NCBI GenBank assembly: GCA_036336835.1
Contig: JAYZFK010000009.1
Span: forward strand, 1-24,833
From: Myxococcota bacterium
Lineage (GTDB): Bacteria; Myxococcota_A; UBA9160; UBA4427
DNA: 24,833 nucleotides
Reading direction: 5' to 3'
Of this stretch, positions 18,745 through 24,833 are shown in pieces. The notes beneath the pieces were generated by a model. That model worked only from the letters and a program-made list of their open reading frames with translations, had not been told where the DNA came from and searched no databases. Both the position numbers and the translations under genes were made by a program. Every line of letters begins with the position of its first letter. The first letter of the stretch is position 1.

Positions 18745-20420
18745 AGCCCGCCAGTCAGCCAGTCGACGAAGACCGACCAGTTGCGCGCGAGATCGTTCCA
18801 GAGCGCGAGTCCCATCAACATCACCAGCACGGCCAGGCCGAACGACTGCACCAGCTCGCGGCTGCGCAGCGAAATCGGCGAGCGCTTCACGCCCTCGACG
18901 ATGTAGATGAGCGCCTGCCCCCCATCGAGCACCGGAATCGGCAGCAGGTTCAGGATCCCGAGATTGATGCTGATCAGCATCATCATGCCAAAGTAGGCCC
19001 ACCAACCTCGGTCGAGCGAGTCGCGCGCGATCTGGGCGATTCCGATCGGGCCGGTCAGCGAATTGGTGTCGACCTCGCCCGTCAGCAGCATGCCGAGACC
19101 GCGCAGGAAGGTGCCGGTGATATCGAGTGTGAGCTGCACCGCGCGCGGCAGCGCAGCGATCGGGTTCGAGTACTTCTCGGTCTCGTATTCACCCTCCAGC
19201 GAGCCGACGTGGGGTCGCACGCCGATCTGGTAGAGCTCCTCCTCGATCCCGGCCAGCTCTCCCTTGCGTGTCACCAGCCGCGGTGCGACACCGACCATGT
19301 GCAGCTCGCCGTCCCGTGCAAAGCGCAGTCGAAGCTCGCGTCCCTCACTGGAGCGCACGGTCTCGGCAAAGGAGCCAAAGCTTCCGATCGAACGGCCGTC
19401 GACCTCGAGAAGCAGGTCGCCCGGAACCAGGCCGGCATCATGCGCCGCCGACGGCACGCTCACCTCGGTGATCAGCACGGTAGCGGGCACGATCCCGAGT
19501 CCGTCCAGCCCCTCCGCCGCCGGTAGCTCGAGCTCTAGGCGCTGGACAGGATCCGCGCCGCGCTCGATATCGATCGCGAGCGGCGCCCCGGCCCCGGCCC
19601 CGACTGCGCGAACGAACTCGTTCCAGTCGCCGATCTCCTCGTCGCCGACGCCGACCACGAGGTCCCCCGACCGCAAGCCCGCCAGCGCTGCCGGCGAGTC
19701 TGCATCGGGCACGCCGACCAGCGGCTGGAGCCGCTGGTTCTGCACGCCGATCCAGCCGCGCTGCTCGGTCTTGCCGAGCACGTTGAGACCACTGCGCGCA
19801 ATGACCGAAACCGCGGCGTCGAACGGCTCGCCGTTGCGCTCCGCGGTAATCGTGAGTTCGCCCGCGGCGGTGGAACGGATCTGCTCCTCGACATCGTCCC
19901 AGAAGCGCATCGACTCGCCGTCGATCGCCAGGATCCGGTCGCCCGGCTCCAACCCCGCGAGGGCAGCCGGCGAACCGATATCGACCGTACCGATTCGGGT
20001 GGCCGCGCGCGGCATCCCGATCATCAGTCCGACCACGAGTACGGCAACCGGGAAGGCCAGGTTCATCGCGGGGCCGGCGAAGCTGATCGAGAGCTTCTGC
20101 CACGTCGCTTTGGCGTCGAGGAACTCGTCGGGGCGCGCGCCGATCGCGGCCGCATCGGGCTCCTCGCCCTGCACCTCGAGGTTCTCGCCGAGCATCTTCA
20201 CGAAGCCGCCGAGCGGGATCCACGCGATCACGTACTCGGTTCCGCCGCGCTCCCAGCGCAGGCGGAAGTTGCCGAAGCCGATCGCCGGACCGAAGCCCAA
20301 CGAGAACTTGAGGATGCGGACACCACACGCCTTTGCCACCAGGAAGTGGCCGAGCTCGTGCACGAAGATCAGGATCCCGAGCATCGGGATGAAGGCAACC
20401 AGGTAGTCCAGCAAGGCCAT
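18741..20420 (-). CDS. rseP: RIP metalloprotease RseP with three PDZ domains
   Basis: HELGH, IPLGGFVKM, AGPAMN and NLLPIPVLDGG, plus three SxA..AGL..GD PDZ signatures. Confidence 0.96.
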   Translation of the reverse strand: MALLDYLVAFIPMLGILIFVHELGHFLVAKACGVRILKFSLGFGPAIGFGNFRLRWERGGTEYVIAWIPLGGFVKMLGENLEVQGEEPDAAAIGARPDEFLDAKATWQKLSISFAGPAMNLAFPVAVLVVGLMIGMPRAATRIGTVDIGSPAALAGLEPGDRILAIDGESMRFWDDVEEQIRSTAAGELTITAERNGEPFDAAVSVIARSGLNVLGKTEQRGWIGVQNQRLQPLVGVPDADSPAALAGLRSGDLVVGVGDEEIGDWNEFVRAVGAGAGAPLAIDIERGADPVQRLELELPAAEGLDGLGIVPATVLITEVSVPSAAHDAGLVPGDLLLEVDGRSIGSFGSFAETVRSSEGRELRLRFARDGELHMVGVAPRLVTRKGELAGIEEELYQIGVRPHVGSLEGEYETEKYSNPIAALPRAVQLTLDITGTFLRGLGMLLTGEVDTNSLTGPIGIAQIARDSLDRGWWAYFGMMMLISINLGILNLLPIPVLDGGQALIYIVEGVKRSPISLRSRELVQSFGLAVLVMLMGLALWNDLARNWSVFVDWLTGGL

Positions 20421-20455
20421 TCGCTCTCGTCCGCTCCACTGATCGCGCGCCGGTC

Positions 20456-21634
20456 TCAGCCGGTGCGCATCGCCTCGATGTACTGCACCGCGTGTGCGCG
20501 CCCCCAGGCGTCCGCCGCACGCACGTCTGCAAGGTCCCGAATCACGGCGCCACGCGCCTCTCGGAGATGCGCTTCCAGCACGCTTCGATTCGTATCGGCA
20601 ATCCGGGGAAAGGAGCTTTGCCCATCCAGGAAATAAGCCACTGCCACCTCATTGGAAGCGTTCAATACGGCTGGAGCTGCCTCGGAGCCCGAGAGAGCGA
20701 GGTAGGCAAGATCGAGACACGGGAAGCGCTTCCGGTCCGGCTCCTCGAAGTGGAGCCGCCCGCAGGCCGCGACGTCGAGCCGCGGGAAGTCGAGCTCGAG
20801 CCGTTCCGGCCAGGCCAGGGCGACTGCGATTGGCACCCGCATGTCCGGTAGCCCGAGCTGCGCCAGGACCGAGGTGTCGCGATACTCGACCAACGAGTGG
20901 ACGATCGACTCCGGGTGAACGACCACCTCGACGCGCTCCGGCGGCACGCCGAACAGCCAGCGGGCCTCGATCACCTCGAGTCCCTTGTTCATCAGCGTGG
21001 CTGAGTCGATCGTGATCTTGGCGCCCATTTTCCAGTTCGGGTGGTTGAGCGCATCCTCGATGCTCGCCGTCGCGATCCGCGACGCGTCCCAGGTGCGAAA
21101 CGGCCCGCCCGAACAGGTGAGCACCAGTCGCGCAATGTCCTCGCGGCGCTGCCCGGCCAGCACCTGGAAGATTGCGCTGTGCTCGCTGTCGACTGGCAAC
21201 AGACGCACGCCGTGCTCGACGACGGCGCGATTCACCAGCGCACCGGCCATCACCATCACCTCCTTGTTGGCGAGGGCGACGTCACGGCCGGCGCGAATCG
21301 CGGCCAAGGTGGGCTCGAGGCCCACGGAACCCACGAGCGCGGCCATCACGAGATCGCAGTCCTGCTCTGCCACCGCGACGAGTCCTTCGGCACCGCGCTC
21401 GATCCGGAGACCAGCGCCCTCAGCCCCCAGCCTCGCTCGCAGCGCCGCTTCGGTTGCCTCGTCGGCCACCGAGACCAGCACTGGCCGGAAGCGGCGCACC
21501 TGCTCGGCCAGCAGCTCGTGGTTGCGGCCGGCCGCCAGCGCGACGACCTCGAAGCGATCGGGGTTGGCCAGCGCCACTGCCAGCGTCTGTACCCCGACGC
21601 TGCCCGTCGAACCGAGGACGGCGAGCCGCTTCAC
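20456..21634 (-). CDS. dxr: 1-deoxy-D-xylulose-5-phosphate reductoisomerase
   Basis: LGSTGSVG, LANKE, PVDSEHSAIFQ and HPNWKMGAKITIDSATLMNKGLE. GTG at 21634 overlaps the uppS stop. Confidence 0.98.
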   Translation of the reverse strand: MKRLAVLGSTGSVGVQTLAVALANPDRFEVVALAAGRNHELLAEQVRRFRPVLVSVADEATEAALRARLGAEGAGLRIERGAEGLVAVAEQDCDLVMAALVGSVGLEPTLAAIRAGRDVALANKEVMVMAGALVNRAVVEHGVRLLPVDSEHSAIFQVLAGQRREDIARLVLTCSGGPFRTWDASRIATASIEDALNHPNWKMGAKITIDSATLMNKGLEVIEARWLFGVPPERVEVVVHPESIVHSLVEYRDTSVLAQLGLPDMRVPIAVALAWPERLELDFPRLDVAACGRLHFEEPDRKRFPCLDLAYLALSGSEAAPAVLNASNEVAVAYFLDGQSSFPRIADTNRSVLEAHLREARGAVIRDLADVRAADAWGRAHAVQYIEAMRTG

Positions 21635-22395
21635 GAGCCGTCCGCAGCGCCGGTCCCCGCCCGGACCTGCGCGCTCGTCATCCCGAAACGACGCTCGCGA
21701 CCCTGGTAATCGAGGAGCGCCTCGACGAGCTCGAGCTTGCCGAAATCGGGCCACATCGCTGGCGTCGAGTACAGCTCGGTATACGCGATCTGCCAAAGCA
21801 AGAAGTTGGAGATGCGACGCTCGTCACCGGTGCGAATCAACAGATCGGGGTCCGGAATATCGGGATCGTAGAGATACGCCGCGAAGGTCTTCTCATCGAG
21901 ATCGTCTGCGGCCAGCTTGCCCTGCTCGGCATCGCGCATCAGCCGTCGAGCAGCGTCGACGATCTCGGCTCGACCGCCGTACGACAGTGCAATGCAAAGC
22001 CTCATCTCGTCATTGCCCGCCGACTTCTCGACCGCGGACTCGACCTTCCGGCGCAGCCGCGGCATCAGGCGATCGAGACGACCGACGGCGCGAAGCTCGA
22101 TGCCGTTGCGAATCACTTCGTCGATCTCGACATCCATGTACTGCTCGAGCAGCCGCATCAGCTCGATCACCTCGTCACGCGGCCGCTGCCAGTTCTCGAG
22201 CGAGAAGGCGTAGAGCGTGAGCGTGCCGATGCCCAACTCGTGCGCTGCGCGGATCACCTCGCGCACTGTCTCCATACCGGCGCGGTGGCCTTCGACGCGG
22301 TCGAGACCACGCGCCTCGGCCCAGCGCCCGTTGCCATCCATGATGATGGCGACGTGACGCGGAATGCGATCGGGCTGAAGACGCGCGGTACCCAT
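21631..22395 (-). CDS. uppS: Undecaprenyl diphosphate synthase (isoprenyl transferase)
   Basis: HVAIIMDGNGRWA, YAFSLENWQRP, SYGGR and PDLLIRTGDERRISNFLLWQ. ATG at 22395. Confidence 0.97.
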   Translation of the reverse strand: MGTARLQPDRIPRHVAIIMDGNGRWAEARGLDRVEGHRAGMETVREVIRAAHELGIGTLTLYAFSLENWQRPRDEVIELMRLLEQYMDVEIDEVIRNGIELRAVGRLDRLMPRLRRKVESAVEKSAGNDEMRLCIALSYGGRAEIVDAARRLMRDAEQGKLAADDLDEKTFAAYLYDPDIPDPDLLIRTGDERRISNFLLWQIAYTELYSTPAMWPDFGKLELVEALLDYQGRERRFGMTSAQVRAGTGAADGS

Positions 22396-22408
22396 GGGTG
22401 CCCCGAGG

Positions 22409-22975
22409 CTAGACCTCGAGTACCTCCTTCTCCTTGCCGGCGGCCATCCCTTCGATCTTGCCGACGAACTCATCGGTCAGATCCTGCACGGCCTTCTCGG
22501 CGCGCTTGCCATCATCCAGGGGCAGACCTTCCTTGACCAGATCCTTGAGCATGCCGAGTGCCGCGCGGCGGCTGTCGCGAACACCTACTTTGTGGTCCTC
22601 CGCGAGCTTGCCGACCTGCTTGACCATTTCCTTGCGCCGCTCCTCGGTCAGGGGCGGAATGCTGATGCGGATCACCTTGCCGTCGTTCGTCGGCGTCAGC
22701 CCGAGATCGCTGCTCTGGATGGCACGCTCGATCGCCTGGATCGATGACCTGTCGAAGGCCGAGATCACCAGCAGCCGCGGATCCGGCGTGCTCAGGTTCG
22801 CAAGCTGATTCAGCGGCGTCTGTGTCCCGTAGTAGTCGACCTGGATGCCGTCGACGAGCGCGGTGCTGGCGCGGCCCGTTCGCACCGACAGCAGATCGTG
22901 GCGCAGGCTCCTGACCGCCTTGTCCATCGACTCGCGGGTCTCCTCGAGGACCATCTCGACGTTCTCGTCCGCCAC
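22409..22975 (-). CDS. frr: Ribosome recycling factor
   Basis: VRTGRAS, VDYYG, DLGLTP and IPPLTEERRKE. GGAGGA RBS. Confidence 0.97.
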   Translation of the reverse strand: MADENVEMVLEETRESMDKAVRSLRHDLLSVRTGRASTALVDGIQVDYYGTQTPLNQLANLSTPDPRLLVISAFDRSSIQAIERAIQSSDLGLTPTNDGKVIRISIPPLTEERRKEMVKQVGKLAEDHKVGVRDSRRAALGMLKDLVKEGLPLDDGKRAEKAVQDLTDEFVGKIEGMAAGKEKEVLEV

Positions 22976-22999
22976 CGTGCTCTCCTCCGTCCAACTGTC

Positions 23000-23713
23000 C
23001 TAGTCGTGAACTCGTGTGCCCACCGACTCGCCGCACGCCACCCTTTTTACGTTGCCCGGCACGCTCATGTCGAAGACCACAATCGGCAGGGCGTTCTCAC
23101 GGCACAGCGCGATGGCCGCCTGGTCCATGAAACGCAGGTTCTTCTGAATCGCCTCTTCGAAGGTGACCTGCGCATAGCGCTTCGCGCCGGGGTTGGTCTC
23201 GGGGTCGGCGTCGTAGACTCCGTCGACCTGGGTTGCCTTCAGGATCACCTCTGCGCCGATCTCCGCGGCCCGCAGCGCCGCCGCCGAATCCGTGCTGAAG
23301 AACGGGTTGCCGGTACCGCCCGCGAAGATCACGATCCGGCCCTTCTCGAGGTGACGGATCGCACGGCGCCGGATGAAGACCTCGGCAACCTGCCTGATCT
23401 CGATTGCCGTCTGGACGCGCGTCGGAACGCCAACCTTCTCGAGCGCATCCTGCAGCGCCATGGCGTTGATCACGGTGCCGAGCATGCCCATGTAATCGGC
23501 CTGGGAGCGATCCATCCCCTCGTTCTCAGCGTGGATGCCGCGGATGATGTTTCCACCGCCGATCACGATCGAGATCTCGACGCCGAGCACGTGCACGTCG
23601 CGGATCTCGCAAGCGACGCTCTTGAAGATGGCCGGGGCGATGCCAGAGCCGCTCCCCCCGCCGAGACCCTCGCCGGAGAACTTGATGAGCAGGCGCTGGT
23701 AGACCGGCTTCAC
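23000..23713 (-). CDS. pyrH: UMP kinase
   Basis: KFSGE, VIGGGNIIRG, DYMGMLGT, GTGNPFFSTD and VDGVYDADP. Confidence 0.98.
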   Translation of the reverse strand: MKPVYQRLLIKFSGEGLGGGSGSGIAPAIFKSVACEIRDVHVLGVEISIVIGGGNIIRGIHAENEGMDRSQADYMGMLGTVINAMALQDALEKVGVPTRVQTAIEIRQVAEVFIRRRAIRHLEKGRIVIFAGGTGNPFFSTDSAAALRAAEIGAEVILKATQVDGVYDADPETNPGAKRYAQVTFEEAIQKNLRFMDQAAIALCRENALPIVVFDMSVPGNVKRVACGESVGTRVHD

Positions 23714-24555
23714 CCCGTAGCCGCCTCTCCGAGCTTGAACCGCATGAAGCGCTCGACGCGAATGTCCTTGGCGACATTCTCGATCCGCTTGCCGACAGTG
23801 GTGTCGGGATCCTTCACGAAGGCCTGCTCGAGCAGGCAGTGTTCGGCGTAGAACTTGTTCAGGCGCCCGGTGACCATCTTCTCGATCACGTCGTCGGGCT
23901 TGCCGCTCTCGCGCGCCTGGTTGGTCAGAATGCGCCGCTCGCTCTCGACCTTGGCCTGTGGCACGTCGTCCCGGTCGATTGCGATCGGGGTCGGATCCGC
24001 CGCGGCGACGTGCATCGCGAGATCCTTGGCGAGCGTGTCGACCTCGCCGCCACTGCCGTCGAGCGAGACGATCACGCCGAGTTTGCCGCCCATGTGGACA
24101 TAGCGGCCAACGGTGCCCACCGTCTGAAAGGCACCCACGCGCTTGAGCTCGATATTCTCGCCAACCTTTGCAATGGTGTCATGGATGCGCTCCTGGACCG
24201 TAAAGCTCCCGAGCGCAGCGGCACTTGCGGCCTCCGCACCCTCGATGCCCCCACTGGCGACCACTTCCGCAATCTCGCGGGCGAGATCCTGGAATGCGTC
24301 GGTCTTGGCCACGAAATCCGTCTCACAGCCAAGCTCGACGATGCCGGCCTTGCCGCCGTCCACCGCCACTCCGATCACTCCCTCACTCGTCTCGCGACCG
24401 GCACGCTTGCCCGCCTTCGACAGCCCGCGCTCGCGGAGCAACTCGACCGCCCTGTCGATATCGCCCTCGGCGTCGGTGAGCGCCGCCTTGCAGTCCATCA
24501 TTCCCGCGCCCGTCGTATCGCGGAGCGCCTTCACCTCGGTAGCTGAAATAACCAC
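23710..24555 (-). CDS. tsf: Translation elongation factor Ts
   Basis: VKALRDTTGAGMMDCK, CETDFVAK, AMHVAA and LLEQAFVKD. GTG start at 24555 with a GGAG RBS. Confidence 0.97.
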   Translation of the reverse strand: MVISATEVKALRDTTGAGMMDCKAALTDAEGDIDRAVELLRERGLSKAGKRAGRETSEGVIGVAVDGGKAGIVELGCETDFVAKTDAFQDLAREIAEVVASGGIEGAEAASAAALGSFTVQERIHDTIAKVGENIELKRVGAFQTVGTVGRYVHMGGKLGVIVSLDGSGGEVDTLAKDLAMHVAAADPTPIAIDRDDVPQAKVESERRILTNQARESGKPDDVIEKMVTGRLNKFYAEHCLLEQAFVKDPDTTVGKRIENVAKDIRVERFMRFKLGEAATG

Positions 24556-24662
24556 GAAGCTCTCCCGTGTCTTCCCGTGTTCGACCCGCAGCCCACTCCC
24601 TTGCCTTGGAGCGCACCTGCCAGCCCGTTGTTCCACAGCTCGAGTCGCCGCGGCCGCTCGCC

Positions 24663-24833
24663 TCAGCCTTCCGCGCCGTCGGTTGGCGACGCCGGGGTTG
24701 CGGCGGCCTCATCCGGAGGCGCTGCCGCGGCCTCCGGAGCAGCTGCCACGGCCTCCGGAGCAGCTGCCACGGCCTCCGGAGCAGCTGCCGCGGCCTCCGG
24801 AGCAGCTGCCACGGCCTCCGGAGCAGCTGCCGC
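24663..24833 (-). CDS. rpsB: Partial CDS (3' end only): Ala/Pro/Glu-rich tail, probably 30S ribosomal protein S2 by synteny
   Basis: Open frame AAAAPEAVAAAPEA...PPDEAAATPASPTDGAEG* ending upstream of tsf. rpsB-tsf order is widely conserved, but no S2 core sequence is visible in the window. Confidence 0.6.
   Translation of the reverse strand, partial: AAAAPEAVAAAPEAAAAAPEAVAAAPEAVAAAPEAAAAPPDEAAATPASPTDGAEG
24721..24833. repeat. 21-bp tandem repeat (gctgccRcggcctccggagca), 5 full copies plus a partial one, running off the window end
   Basis: Units at 24721, 24742, 24763, 24784, 24805 and a partial unit at 24826. They differ at one R position only. Confidence 0.95.

Noticed and set aside
24721..24833. 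Possible CRISPR array
   Set aside because: Repeats are contiguous with no unique spacers, the period is a multiple of 3 and in frame, and no cas genes are present.

Overview
High-GC bacterial window whose gene order resembles Deltaproteobacteria/Myxococcota (inference from synteny and a 3-PDZ RseP). The right two-thirds (8060-24833, all minus strand) is core genome: partial rpsB-like tail with a 21-bp tandem repeat, then tsf, pyrH, frr, uppS, dxr, rseP, tsaB, ilvC, psd, pssA, leuB, a degenerate asd/usg, truA, rplM, rpsI, argC, pyrG, tRNA-Val(CAC) and tRNA-Arg(CCG). The left third (1-7800), beyond the tRNA 3' end, is an accessory cell-envelope cluster. It holds a Thr-type sulfatase-like lipoprotein, two GT-C-like membrane proteins, a small protein resembling the OpgB C-terminal domain, a His-motif membrane protein and a 7-repeat FG-GAP protein with an IPTL-CTERM-like tail. 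The most interesting unexplained signals are two extensively base-paired ~160-nt elements upstream of ilvC and pyrG. Each starts just after a sigma70-like promoter, and they share short sequence blocks at equivalent positions. No CRISPR array, transposase or integrase was seen.
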